Source: a virus
Lineage: Duplodnaviria; Caudoviricetes
Reading direction: 5' to 3' (one strand)
Length of the DNA stretch: 64,000 bases
IMG/VR virus record: IMGVR_UViG_3300046453_000026
Coordinates: 700-64,699 of that record
The notes beneath the pieces were generated by a model. The model was not told the origin of the DNA. It searched no databases and saw nothing but the letters and a program-made list of their open reading frames with translations. Shown one piece after another: positions 1 to 9,759 of the stretch (its first letter is position 1; each line of letters opens with the position of its first letter). Both the position numbers and the translations under genes were made by a program.

Positions 1-168
1 AGCACCTTCGGAAGCTTTCTCCTTTGCCCATGTTGATAGCTTCTTCTCTACCGATAGCATTGCGAGGGATACCTGCGTGTTAGCGTAGTGCTTAGCTCCC
101 CAGCGGAGGCCGTAACCTGCGCCGAACAGCAGGAGGACGCCCACAACGTACAGGACTGCATCGTTCAT
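1..168 (-). CDS. Small membrane protein, possible second holin (runs off the window)
   Basis: ATG at 168 with a GGAGGTG RBS. MNDAVLYVVGVLLLFGAGYGL is a TM helix. Lies directly after the endolysin; not in the ORF track. Confidence 0.55.
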   Translation of the reverse strand, partial: MNDAVLYVVGVLLLFGAGYGLRWGAKHYANTQVSLAMLSVEKKLSTWAKEKASEGA

Positions 169-189
169 AGTAATCACCTCCTTTTCCTT

Positions 190-1104
190 TTAGGTCAGGG
201 ATTGTCCTGAAGCCTTCCGAAGCGCGTTTGCGTATCCATGGATGCGCTCCTGCTTCGGCTTGTCCCCGTCTGCGGCGAACCACGCTGGGTTAAGCCATGT
301 CTGGATGATGACGTTCGCAGTGTCAGCAGCGAGCTTCCACGACGCAGGGGCCGGGAGGATACGAGCCGCACGCCGAACCTCTTCGGCCAGCCAGTGAACG
401 TAATCGCGGTCTTTGTTGGTCTTGGCCGCGAACCATGCAGGGCTGAGCCACATGTTGACGACGATGTTGGCTACTTCCGAAGTAAGCACAGCTTTTCCGT
501 ACTTGGCTTGCAGATCAGCTACGGAACCGTTGAACATGTTGACATCAAACAGGTTGCTAATGCCCTTCACCGCACCCCGGTCGGAGTACTGAAGGAATTC
601 CCAAGACGTCCAGCCGCCCCGGTCGCGCGGGCTTTTGTCACTATTGTAGTAGGCGTACCACAGAGGGTACGCAGACAGCTTGGATGCGAGCTTGCTGTCG
701 ATGAAGGAAGGGAAGGTGTAAACGATAGGACGGATGCCCATCAGCCCCTCTACGGTGCGAAGGAAGGCCAACCCGGCCTCTGCTGTATTGCTGCCGTTTT
801 CGATATCGAGCACAGGAGGAAGGTCAAGGTCGAGTGCCCGAATAACACTCACGAACTTCTTCGCTTCAGCGTTTGCTTCTGCTGCGGTTCCTGCGTTCAG
901 GTAGTGGTAAGCTCCGACAAGAATGCCGTTCTGCTTGGCTCCCCGGACGTTGGCCGCAAAGCAGTCGTCGGTGAAGGTAGTGCCTTGTGTAGCCTTCAGG
1001 AACGCAAAAGAGATACCGTCCGCCTTGGCCTTCTCGAAGTTCACAATCCCCTGCCAGTGACTTGCGTCGAGGCCTTTTGCCATGGAGCTGTTCCATTTTT
1101 GCAT
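190..1104 (-). CDS. Endolysin: GH25 muramidase with a duplicated C-terminal putative cell-wall-binding repeat
   Basis: GLDASHWQG, FLKATQG, GAYHY, VLDIE and LQYS motifs of GH25. Start moved to ATG 1104 using the RBS. Confidence 0.9.
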   Translation of the reverse strand: MQKWNSSMAKGLDASHWQGIVNFEKAKADGISFAFLKATQGTTFTDDCFAANVRGAKQNGILVGAYHYLNAGTAAEANAEAKKFVSVIRALDLDLPPVLDIENGSNTAEAGLAFLRTVEGLMGIRPIVYTFPSFIDSKLASKLSAYPLWYAYYNSDKSPRDRGGWTSWEFLQYSDRGAVKGISNLFDVNMFNGSVADLQAKYGKAVLTSEVANIVVNMWLSPAWFAAKTNKDRDYVHWLAEEVRRAARILPAPASWKLAADTANVIIQTWLNPAWFAADGDKPKQERIHGYANALRKASGQSLT

Positions 1105-1105
1105 G

Positions 1106-1435
1106 TTAACTACCGCCTTCCGAAGTTTGGTCACCCGCACGCCGCCGCACTACCAATGTCCCATGAAGCTCGGACACCTTGCGGTGCGTGTCATGCATGG
1201 TGGTGCGCACCTCTTGCTGGAACTGAATTTCGCGTTCATGCTGCCGCTCGAATACAGCCGATAGCTGCTCGAAGCTTTGTGTGTTGCGGTTAAGCGCCTC
1301 GGTACTGATGTTCTGCGCATCCGTGCTGTTCTTCCACTGCCCTATAAATAGCTGAAATACCTTATATCCTACAATCAGCACGGCAATACAGATTCCGGCT
1401 ATCCCTGCTTTCTCTAATCCCACAAGTTCCCCCAC
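1106..1435 (-). CDS. Holin-like protein (one N-terminal TM helix plus coiled coil)
   Basis: Hydrophobic GIAGICIAVLIVGY segment, immediately upstream of the endolysin, with an AAGGAGG RBS. Confidence 0.7.
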   Translation of the reverse strand: MGELVGLEKAGIAGICIAVLIVGYKVFQLFIGQWKNSTDAQNISTEALNRNTQSFEQLSAVFERQHEREIQFQQEVRTTMHDTHRKVSELHGTLVVRRRAGDQTSEGGS

Positions 1436-1500
1436 TGTTAACCCCTCCTTATTCGCATGATCCCCATTCCACTGCCCTCGTGACGTCCTATTTATACCAG

Positions 1501-1549
1501 AAAAAGGGCGCCCTCGGTAGACCTTTTTAGGGGTAGGATCGGCGCCCTT
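1501..1549 (-). terminator. Probable intrinsic terminator between tail-fibre and lysis genes
   Basis: AAGGGCGCC...GGCGCCCTT inverted repeat followed by a T-run on the minus strand. Confidence 0.55.
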
Positions 1550-1587
1550 GCGCCACTAGAACGGGTATTCATGCGAACTTCGGAAGC

Positions 1588-2376
1588 TTACGGAGTTAGG
1601 TACAAGTAGCTAGTGGAGAAGAATATCGTACCTCCACCCACCATAGCCAGCGTACCAGAAGTCACTGTTACACGGTACGATACGCTCAGCACACCTGTAC
1701 TAGCGTTATATGTGGTGCTAGGGAGGCTTGCGATTATATTTCCGGGAACTCCTATAGTGGACGAAATGGCGGCCCACGCCCCCCTAGCCATCCCGCACGC
1801 AGTAGCAAATATTCTGGTCTCTACGGAAGACGTATTAGTGTGGACAATGTATATATCAGTTCTAGTCGTAGGAGTAACGCTTACAGCCAGTAGCGTTTTA
1901 CCTATGGGTAGTGATATCGAAAAGTCCCATTGAAGCTGCAACCCTGTGTTCGTAACGGGTGCGCCACTATGTGAGAGTACACTCCCTGCCACAGTCGCGC
2001 CCGCTTTGGTGCCTACTATAGGGGCACCTTGCCCGTAAGCTATCTTGCCTGTAGCGATATCTGCAGCGGTAGCCGTGGCGTCGGCCGTAAAGGTCCCAGC
2101 CAGCCCATGTACTACCGCACTATGCCGCACGTTTGCCTGTGTGAAGTTAGGATCGTTAATGACTAGCAAGTCGCTGTCCGTTATCTGGCCGTTCACTCCC
2201 GGGAAGTAGTCTACGTACCCGTCGTGGGCAGAAGAAGGGTATCGGCCATCAATGACAAGACCACCCTCTGAGAAACCGGGCATCGCCCCTGCTGCATTGT
2301 ACAGTTCACGCGCGCTGAAGGTCTTGCCTGCGGCTACATCGGCCGCAGTTGCCGTGCCCGGAATAAAAAGTGGCAT
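1588..2376 (-). CDS. Tail fibre / receptor-binding protein
   Basis: Two TATAAD[VI]AxGK repeats typical of Firmicute phage fibres, a beta-rich C-terminus, and position after the baseplate genes. Confidence 0.65.
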   Translation of the reverse strand: MPLFIPGTATAADVAAGKTFSARELYNAAGAMPGFSEGGLVIDGRYPSSAHDGYVDYFPGVNGQITDSDLLVINDPNFTQANVRHSAVVHGLAGTFTADATATAADIATGKIAYGQGAPIVGTKAGATVAGSVLSHSGAPVTNTGLQLQWDFSISLPIGKTLLAVSVTPTTRTDIYIVHTNTSSVETRIFATACGMARGAWAAISSTIGVPGNIIASLPSTTYNASTGVLSVSYRVTVTSGTLAMVGGGTIFFSTSYLYLTP

Positions 2377-2377
2377 A

Positions 2378-3991
2378 CTATCCCTCCTCTGTGATGATGG
2401 TTGTTAGGTACGCCCCGGCTGAACCTGCGGAGCTTGCAGTTACGTAGATGTTTGTCCCTGCGGAGGCGATAAACATTACCGGAACAAAGTAGTACTCTTC
2501 TGTAGGCAGCAGCGTTCCCGCAGGTACTACAATGACGGACTTAGCTCCTCCCAGCCCCGTGTAGTTTACGCTGATACTCACGTTGGCAGTGCTGACTGCG
2601 CTTATGCGAAGATACAGCTTAACTGTATATATCCCAGCCACAGGCACTGTGTATGTCGCAGCGGTCGCAGCCGTGCCAGTTAGACTAAATTCGCTGACTG
2701 CTCGTCTGTTAGCGGCTATCTCTGTGATCTTTCCCGTGGTGCCACGTACAGGGATAGTACTTGCAGTAGCTGCTGCGTCGGCAGTTGCCCCGGCCACAAA
2801 TTTAGCGTTAAGGTTATCTACCATGATAGTGCTCGCGACTTTTAGCGGCGCGAGTGTGGCGTTGGTCGATATTAGCTGCCCGGTTGTTGCTACTCCCGCC
2901 CCAAATGTAAGCTCCAGCGATGTGTAGTCTGTTGGTATACTTCCCGTTGGTGCTCCCGCCATCATTGTCCAGCCTTCGGAACCTATCATCTTCACATTGA
3001 ATGTTCCAAGGGCTTGCGTAGCTTTGAACAGCTCCACATATGCAGCAGAACCACTAGCAGTTGGATGGTACACTACTCGCGCCCTGACTACACCCTGTGC
3101 CGCGCTGGACGAACTATAGTGGTACTGAGTGATGATAGGTCCGTAGATATCGGTAATCGCCACGTTGATTAGTGCGTGCCCAACAGCTCCGCCGGAGGTC
3201 GTCCAGTCAACAAGGAACATAGCCTCTTTTTTGGTGGAGGACGCAGCAGCACTCTCTGCGATTCTCTTCCACGAGGTCCCGGTAGTCGTCCAGCCAGATA
3301 GGGCAGGGGCTATGGACGGCACCGTGTTGAAGATGTCACCATTAGTATCCCGGACTACAACGGCGTTAGGTGCAGTTGAAGTGCTGGGTGCGTACCCTTG
3401 CAGGAATTGTGCATTGTTAGCACCCAGCTGCGTAGGCAGAGCTACCTTCACCCGGTTATCTGTCACTGTACCACCTGCGGATACGGTAGCTACTGGGATG
3501 TACTTCTTCGTAGCGTCAGCCGTGGAGGTCACAAGCTGAATCTGCCGTTGTACCCGGCGTGAAGTCTCGTAGCCCATGTCTGAGTCGAGGATTCCGTTGT
3601 CTGCGACATTGGTGCCTCCGCTTTGGTTGCCGTCTGTTTTGATGGTGTCCGCATAGGCGACTGTAACCTCAGAATACGCAAGGTACACTGTAGCCCCAGC
3701 GACGCCGCTAATGGACATGTTCTGTGTGTAAGGGATAGGCACGCCGCCGATTACGGCCACATCTGCCGGAACTCCCAGTGCACCACCTGTGTAGGTAAGG
3801 GCGGTCATTCCCACGAATCCGTCAGTCAGCACAAGACTGCCTAACGCGGCCATTTGACCCTGTATGATCTTCTGCATCTCCGTCAGCTCGATATCGAGGG
3901 GCACGGACCGCGCTCCCCATGTAACACGTGAGAACTGCTTGGATGACGCATATTTGTCCGTGCGCCCGGTGAAAACTGGATCAGTAGCCAT
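2378..3991 (-). CDS. Tail fibre protein with N-terminal baseplate-attachment domain
   Basis: ELTEMQKI and ETSRRVQ N-terminal motifs, NA..L.G repeats, Ala/Thr/Gly-rich composition, synteny. Confidence 0.7.
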   Translation of the reverse strand: MATDPVFTGRTDKYASSKQFSRVTWGARSVPLDIELTEMQKIIQGQMAALGSLVLTDGFVGMTALTYTGGALGVPADVAVIGGVPIPYTQNMSISGVAGATVYLAYSEVTVAYADTIKTDGNQSGGTNVADNGILDSDMGYETSRRVQRQIQLVTSTADATKKYIPVATVSAGGTVTDNRVKVALPTQLGANNAQFLQGYAPSTSTAPNAVVVRDTNGDIFNTVPSIAPALSGWTTTGTSWKRIAESAAASSTKKEAMFLVDWTTSGGAVGHALINVAITDIYGPIITQYHYSSSSAAQGVVRARVVYHPTASGSAAYVELFKATQALGTFNVKMIGSEGWTMMAGAPTGSIPTDYTSLELTFGAGVATTGQLISTNATLAPLKVASTIMVDNLNAKFVAGATADAAATASTIPVRGTTGKITEIAANRRAVSEFSLTGTAATAATYTVPVAGIYTVKLYLRISAVSTANVSISVNYTGLGGAKSVIVVPAGTLLPTEEYYFVPVMFIASAGTNIYVTASSAGSAGAYLTTIITEEG

Positions 3992-4053
3992 AAGGAATAT
4001 CCTCCTTTACGAAGTACCGGAAGCCCGGATTCGAGCTTCCGAAGTTTGTACGA

Positions 4054-4659
4054 TTAGAACGTCAGCTTCCACACGAGCGTGAGCTGCATAGTGTTATCTT
4101 TGTTCAGCACCGGAAATGTCTTGTAGTTAAACATCTGGCCGGAACCGTTAGTAGCTGTAGCATCCCCGCCGAATAGTCCCATCTCAACGATGGCTCCATT
4201 TGCCTCGGCTTCGAGGAACGTTGTGGTGATCTGGAGCACGTTGGTATCAGTGCCTGTGGCTACCCCGCCGGAGTCGAGGTTCGTCCACGCGGAGATGGCC
4301 TTCCGAAGCAGTGGGACCCGCAGGGCAGTCTGGGCAAGGTTCTCTGCCTGTGGAACTTGTGTGGTCCCTGTGCCTACACCTGTACCGACTTCGAGGTACG
4401 AGATGCCTGTGCCCCAGCTTGCGCCCGGGCGCATACGCTTAGCGATAAATTTGGAGGCGTTGGTCACGATCAGGTTCTTTACGTGGCGCTCGTCCACTAC
4501 AGCCTCGCGCAGGATGCGGTGGTACCCGTGTGTAGGGTCATCGCCGTAGGGCACAAATTCGAGCGCGCCTGCTGGGTGCAGGTAGGCGCTGATAAACCCT
4601 TCTGGCTTGGCGAGTAGGTCTTCGTATGAGCGTTCGACGTTCTCAATGTTAGTAGACAT
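4054..4659 (-). CDS. Baseplate / fibre-attachment structural protein
   Basis: KNLIVT, EANGAIVEMGLFGG and LTLVWKLTF motifs as in myophage baseplate proteins; synteny. Confidence 0.65.
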   Translation of the reverse strand: MSTNIENVERSYEDLLAKPEGFISAYLHPAGALEFVPYGDDPTHGYHRILREAVVDERHVKNLIVTNASKFIAKRMRPGASWGTGISYLEVGTGVGTGTTQVPQAENLAQTALRVPLLRKAISAWTNLDSGGVATGTDTNVLQITTTFLEAEANGAIVEMGLFGGDATATNGSGQMFNYKTFPVLNKDNTMQLTLVWKLTF

Positions 4660-4689
4660 GTGTAATTTCCCCCTTCGGAAGTGTGTTAC

Positions 4690-5958
4690 TTATATAGGCC
4701 TTGTCAGAACGACTACGCCGCCGACTGTCAAGGTAGCCATTACGCGGTCTTGCTGGACGGACGATCCTGCCAGCTCCCCTACATTCAGCTCACTAACGTT
4801 CAGCTCGAATACACCGACTGAAGAATCTTGCGGTATAGTGTATACGTCGGCGCTGGGCAGCTTGACCACTCCACCAGCAGCTTCCAGCACGGTTCCACTC
4901 TGCTCCTCTTCGTACGTAGCCTGTAAAGCCACAGCTTTGGCTTCTAAGGTCGTTACTATGGTTTCGGCAATTGTGCGGAGCAGCACTCCCACCTGCTCTT
5001 CAACAGGCTGCGAGATGGCTTCAGTATAGGTCGGTCGTACAACGCTCCCTGCGGCTACGTCGGTTGGGTTCGGCATAGCCGCTTCTTCCGTAGACTTCTG
5101 AAGCGTGGAACTCCGCTTATCCAAGCTGCTGAAGGGCATTCCGGTCTGATCGGCCAGCCACGCTCGGTAGTCCTCAAACGCGGGATCGGCCATGTAGTTT
5201 AGGAAGTACTCAATACCTGCCCCTTTTGTCTCCCGGAGAATCTTATGGAGCGCGGCAGCAGTGTCCACTTGCAGGTACTTGGTACTGACTTCAAGGGCGA
5301 ACTGTAGAGGTCCCCGATCTGCAATATTGATGTTAGTGTCCTGCAAGCGGTAAGCCAGCAGCTCCTTCATCGCGATATTGTTCGTCTTCGGGTTAAACAG
5401 CCACATGGTAAAGCGCCGCACGAAGCTGTTGTCCGTCTCGTTCGGTTCCCGGTCGATGGAGAAAAAGCTTGCCCAGAAATCGAGCCAAGTCCCATCCGCC
5501 ATTGTGCGGTTCAGCTGTTTCAAGGCCTGCTCTGTGTCGTTACCCGCCTGCCGGAGCACCCGGTATATCGGATAGAGCTGCCCCCACAGCTTGGAGTGGA
5601 AGGAAGTCAGCACGGTAGGCTCTGCGCCGTCGATACGTACGTTGTCTACTTCCATCATGACGTAGGGCTTGCGGGAGTTTACCCCATCCTCGATTAGCTC
5701 CGCAGTAGGCGCCACCGTGTATCCCATCGTCGCCAAGGTGCTGAGTACATCCGAAGTGCCCATACCGTCCAGCACGATCATCTGGCGCTGCGGCATCTCT
5801 CTTCGGAAGGCTACACTGTGCAGGTACATGACACCCTCTTCAATGGTCACACGGGTATGCAGGCCGGACCCTTTGGCGATAGTCATAAACGGCCTGTCCT
5901 TCGGAAGCTTGTTCCATACGTCACCTAGATTGTCCAAGAGCTTACGCATCAGTTTCAT
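4690..5958 (-). CDS. Baseplate wedge protein (P2 gpI-like central domain)
   Basis: ADGTWLDFWASFFSIDREPNETD motif; follows the baseplate J gene. Confidence 0.65.
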   Translation of the reverse strand: MKLMRKLLDNLGDVWNKLPKDRPFMTIAKGSGLHTRVTIEEGVMYLHSVAFRREMPQRQMIVLDGMGTSDVLSTLATMGYTVAPTAELIEDGVNSRKPYVMMEVDNVRIDGAEPTVLTSFHSKLWGQLYPIYRVLRQAGNDTEQALKQLNRTMADGTWLDFWASFFSIDREPNETDNSFVRRFTMWLFNPKTNNIAMKELLAYRLQDTNINIADRGPLQFALEVSTKYLQVDTAAALHKILRETKGAGIEYFLNYMADPAFEDYRAWLADQTGMPFSSLDKRSSTLQKSTEEAAMPNPTDVAAGSVVRPTYTEAISQPVEEQVGVLLRTIAETIVTTLEAKAVALQATYEEEQSGTVLEAAGGVVKLPSADVYTIPQDSSVGVFELNVSELNVGELAGSSVQQDRVMATLTVGGVVVLTRPI

Positions 5959-5970
5959 ACTCTCACCATC

Positions 5971-7116
5971 CTACACATAGATGAACGGGCTATCTGGTAT
6001 TAGAATCTCCGTTGATCCTGCCGTTAGATTGTCGTAGCTGTAGATCGTCCCGCCGTCGGTGGATAGCTCCACTTTGACGTCGTACACACCGTCTATCAGC
6101 TTAATACGGGTTTCGAGGGCGGTCTGCACAAGGGTCTGCCCCAGTTTCAGTGCAGAGAAGAAATCTGCGACCTCCCTTTCGACATAAGGCGTCAATTCTG
6201 TCAATAAAACGCCATTATCCGGCGTGATAGCCAGCCTGATTGTAACGGATTTCGCAGCGGCTGAATAGAGATTTACGATGATGCCCGCAGGCTTGTAGCC
6301 GTAGACGGGCTTCCCGCTGGCGTCATAGTAGCCGTATACGACCTTCTGAACCTCGGACAGAAGTTCCGCCGACGCTACTCCCGTACCGTTCCAGACGTAA
6401 CAGTCCACCTGCCCCAGCTTGTTTACAAGGTCCTCGAAGGCTTTTGCATCGGCTACGTACTCCTGTGTGAGACCTTCGGAAGTAAGCAGTATAGCGGTGG
6501 TCGCCCCGTACTCGATAGCGGGCAGCGTCCCACGCGACAAGGAGGCGATGAATTTCTTGAATCGGTTCTTCTGCTCGTCTGCGGTTTCCTCCTCCTTGCC
6601 GTTGCTGATTGCGAGTCCATTGCTGGCGGTCTCAACCCCGGAAGGCTTAGTTACAAAGTCGATGATCGTTCCAGACTCTACGTTCCCCACGGTTCCCGGC
6701 ACTTGGCAGATCACCGGGGCGTCGATAGCCATCGTACCTACGGCCATCAATACGTCCGCCGTAGTTCGGAAGCTCACCGGAGCCTGCGTCGCTGTAGCTT
6801 TCGTCTTGATGACGGTACCCAGCGGGATCAGGTAATTTGAATCAGCAGCCGAACTTCGGAAGAACGTTATCGTCCCTGTACTGTATATCGCCTGCCGCTT
6901 GGGAAAGCCCATAACGGTATAGACGTTCTCTTCAATCAGGGTCTTGACTGCGCGGTACATACGGTCGTACTGCTCTTCTACGACCAGCCCTACCGCCTCG
7001 TACAGCGTGCGTACACGGCTACCGACCCGAAAGTCGGTGACCTTTGTAGACACGCCACGCGTCCAGTCAATCATCTGCTGGACGACCTGCTCCATGGACT
7101 TGCGTTCGAATGCCAT
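5971..7116 (-). CDS. Baseplate J/gp47-family wedge protein
   Basis: TDFRVGSRVRTLYEA, C..PGTVGNV and G.EEET..E.K.RF motifs. Confidence 0.85.
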   Translation of the reverse strand: MAFERKSMEQVVQQMIDWTRGVSTKVTDFRVGSRVRTLYEAVGLVVEEQYDRMYRAVKTLIEENVYTVMGFPKRQAIYSTGTITFFRSSAADSNYLIPLGTVIKTKATATQAPVSFRTTADVLMAVGTMAIDAPVICQVPGTVGNVESGTIIDFVTKPSGVETASNGLAISNGKEEETADEQKNRFKKFIASLSRGTLPAIEYGATTAILLTSEGLTQEYVADAKAFEDLVNKLGQVDCYVWNGTGVASAELLSEVQKVVYGYYDASGKPVYGYKPAGIIVNLYSAAAKSVTIRLAITPDNGVLLTELTPYVEREVADFFSALKLGQTLVQTALETRIKLIDGVYDVKVELSTDGGTIYSYDNLTAGSTEILIPDSPFIYV

Positions 7117-7143
7117 TGTTCCTTCCCCCTTCGTTGCTCCGGG

Positions 7144-8094
7144 CTACGACGTGGTTATCGTCGTACTTCCGAAGTTCCCTTTAACGTTGATTGTAGCTGA
7201 TGTTCCGACAACCGTCACGGTTAAATCGACATATACTGACGTACCTGCCAGCGACACCGTATTCAGGGAGACTTCTCCAAGTCGGTCATCGTACCCCAGC
7301 GTGTCGATGATATCCAGTTCCACCAGCTTGTTGATGTATGGGAGGTACGCCTTACCGATCAGCGTATGAAGGTTACTCCCATATGAGAGGTGCTTCGGAA
7401 GGCTACCCCGGCGCGTGCGCAGGCGATGGTTGACAGACTGGGCGATGTTCTCTACTCCTACGTGGGTTCCGATGTCTCCAAACCCGTCGTCTTCTAAGTC
7501 CCCATCCTCGGCCAGCGCGTAGTCTATTCCTCCGATAGCTGTGAGCACTTCGGAAGTGCTTATACTCTCGCTCCCTTCTATAGTTCCCAGCGCACTATCT
7601 GCCGGAAGGTAGACGGTCTGCCCGGTAACCAGCACTTTAGCATCCGTACCGTTGTCGATAGGGAGTTCGTTTCGGATATCGGTGAATCCGCCGTACACTC
7701 CCAAGTTGGTGTTTACTGTGCCCGCCACTACGATAGCGCTGGCGATGACGTTGCCAAATGTTCCGTAGCTAACACACCGCACGTACAGGTACCCTACGGG
7801 AGAGCCTGCCGGAATAACGGTATCCTCGACCACGGCGTAGGTCTTTACGATGCCCTGCGCATCCACTTCCGTAGTGAAGGTGGAGTTCTTCATGATGGTC
7901 AGAGAGGACGTATATAGGCCACGGGTGACCGTTATGAAGCCACTTGCGTACAGGGTCTCGACAGCTTGGTTGCTGGTTAGGAAATACGGATACTCCAGCC
8001 CGTTGTAGTCCGCTATCTCTGCCCACGTGATGCCGTACTTGGCTGCTAGGCCTTGAATGGAGTCTACGTCGGTCAGCGTGTGTTCAATAGCCAT
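7144..8094 (-). CDS. Baseplate protein with N-terminal LysM-like and C-terminal gp25/GPW-like domains
   Basis: DSIQGLAAKYGITWAEIADYNGL is LysM-like; NIAQSVNHRLRTRRGSLPKHLSYGS...DDR is gp25-like. Confidence 0.75.
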   Translation of the reverse strand: MAIEHTLTDVDSIQGLAAKYGITWAEIADYNGLEYPYFLTSNQAVETLYASGFITVTRGLYTSSLTIMKNSTFTTEVDAQGIVKTYAVVEDTVIPAGSPVGYLYVRCVSYGTFGNVIASAIVVAGTVNTNLGVYGGFTDIRNELPIDNGTDAKVLVTGQTVYLPADSALGTIEGSESISTSEVLTAIGGIDYALAEDGDLEDDGFGDIGTHVGVENIAQSVNHRLRTRRGSLPKHLSYGSNLHTLIGKAYLPYINKLVELDIIDTLGYDDRLGEVSLNTVSLAGTSVYVDLTVTVVGTSATINVKGNFGSTTITTS

Positions 8095-8468
8095 TACAGT
8101 CCCACCTCCCCGGTAGTCGTGGTTGTCGTTGGAGTTCCGAAGACCGTAGTACCTTCCTGTCTGTTGATGTATACAAGGCTGTATAGCTGCGCTTGGATGT
8201 TACGCAGCTCGATCAGGATGTCGTAGGGCACGCTTTCGGCAGTACCTAGCGCATAGGTCACTGCCCGGCATAGGTCAACGTACTGATTGATCTCGTCGGT
8301 GTTTAGGTCGACCTTGTCGTATCGTGCTTCGTTGTAGTCTACCAGCGCGCTCTCCACGCGCAGCACGTAGATTAGAATCTGCTCGATGTTGTCGCGCTGC
8401 TCCCGCAATACCGGGTAGTTGACGAGCGTGACCGACTCCTTCGGAAGGTAAAAATTGTCCAGTGGCAT
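8094..8468 (-). CDS. Hypothetical baseplate-region protein
   Basis: Translationally coupled ORF within the tail operon. Confidence 0.6.
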   Translation of the reverse strand: MPLDNFYLPKESVTLVNYPVLREQRDNIEQILIYVLRVESALVDYNEARYDKVDLNTDEINQYVDLCRAVTYALGTAESVPYDILIELRNIQAQLYSLVYINRQEGTTVFGTPTTTTTTGEVGL

Positions 8469-8473
8469 ACCAA

Positions 8474-9079
8474 TCAGCTCCCGCCTGTTAGCTTACTCAT
8501 GATTTCGTTAATGGCTGAACCGCTCTTCCCTAGCTCCGTGACCATGCTCCGGGTGCTGGGGTTGGCCTGTAGGTACTCGACGAGGTTCGTGAACTTATCC
8601 TTCAGAAGTTGGCGAAGGCAGGTAAACCGGAACTCGTAACGGTACAGCAGTGGCTCGGACTTATTGCGCTGGAGACGGAAGCTCTGGGGCTGAATCTCGT
8701 AGTACTCGTCGTCCTCCCAGTTGTACCAGTAGAGATGCAGCTTGGGTTCGTTGCTGGCGATGAACCTGCGGTAGACTTCCGCCCTGAACAGTAGGAACTC
8801 CGTACGGCCATCTACTTCCACACCCTCGGCTGACGTACGCTTCTGATATCCGGTAGTTCCTGACAGGGTCACCGTCTTAAGCCCGGTTCCGAAGTCCGTG
8901 ACGTACGCGCCGCCCAGCGTGGGCGTGACTGTCACACGGGCAGGTTCGTCCTGCGCCGCATCGTCCGGGTTGATGACGAGAGTGTGTAGCATGGTCGAAC
9001 CGACGCCGTCATACTGCAAGTCGAAGGTATGGCGGTAGAACCTGCGGGCATTACGCGTTGCGGGCATTATTTCTGGCAT
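8474..9079 (-). CDS. Tail tube initiator / baseplate protein
   Basis: INP...R.TVT.T.GG..V.DFG.G...TLSGTTG and PLLYRYE motifs; synteny. Confidence 0.6.
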   Translation of the reverse strand: MPEIMPATRNARRFYRHTFDLQYDGVGSTMLHTLVINPDDAAQDEPARVTVTPTLGGAYVTDFGTGLKTVTLSGTTGYQKRTSAEGVEVDGRTEFLLFRAEVYRRFIASNEPKLHLYWYNWEDDEYYEIQPQSFRLQRNKSEPLLYRYEFRFTCLRQLLKDKFTNLVEYLQANPSTRSMVTELGKSGSAINEIMSKLTGGS

Positions 9080-9090
9080 GCTCTCACCTC

Positions 9091-9747
9091 CTAGTCAATT
9101 AGTGTCTTGGTAGAGGCACTCGTGATCGTCCCGGTGCAGGTCCCGATACCCGGAACGCTAACACTCACGGTGTCTCCTGCGCGGGCAGCTCCTTTGCTCC
9201 CTGTGTGGTGCTTAATCGTTCCCGCAGGGTGGTCGATGGTCACTCCTGAAGCAGTTACCGTGATAATCGCCGGAGCCGTGGCCCCTGTCTGGGAGGTCGG
9301 AAAGCTAATCAGGGCGTGGTCTGCGGCCAGCTCAATGTATGCCCGCTCGTCCTGCTTACTGTTATCCAGCAGGTGGGTCTTCACGTCCTCGTGAGATACC
9401 CCATCCTTCACTCCAATTTCGTAGACCGGAAGCTGAAGCTTGATCTTGTCCTTCTTCACGACAAGAAAGTTCGTCGTGTAGGATTGGTTCTTGACGAATC
9501 CCGCCAAGTACGGCGAATCCTTCCGCCCATCGAGGTACCCGACAACGATCATGTCACCCGATACAGGCTCCCGGTCGATATCCCCCACGACCCATATTGC
9601 GGACGGCTGGCTGTAGTCAAGGAACACAGCGCTAATCTTGCCATACTTGTGAAAGTCCTTAGTGTCTGTTACTTTGGCGAAGCGCTTGTCGTTGAAGCCC
9701 GGCTGGCGGTTGGCTGTTTTGCCGCCCAATGATGCTTGGTCTTGCAT
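9091..9747 (-). CDS. Baseplate central spike (gpV/gp45-like) with PAAR-like C-terminal segment
   Basis: OB-fold-like N-terminus (PVSGDMIVVGYLDG), beta repeats, and C-terminal GAARAGD...GTITSAS. Confidence 0.65.
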   Translation of the reverse strand: MQDQASLGGKTANRQPGFNDKRFAKVTDTKDFHKYGKISAVFLDYSQPSAIWVVGDIDREPVSGDMIVVGYLDGRKDSPYLAGFVKNQSYTTNFLVVKKDKIKLQLPVYEIGVKDGVSHEDVKTHLLDNSKQDERAYIELAADHALISFPTSQTGATAPAIITVTASGVTIDHPAGTIKHHTGSKGAARAGDTVSVSVPGIGTCTGTITSASTKTLID

Positions 9748-9759
9748 AGTAACCCCTCC

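Noticed and set aside
1588-3991. Diversity-generating retroelement or invertible fibre cassette
   Set aside because: No reverse transcriptase, invertase or template/variable repeat pair is visible in the window.
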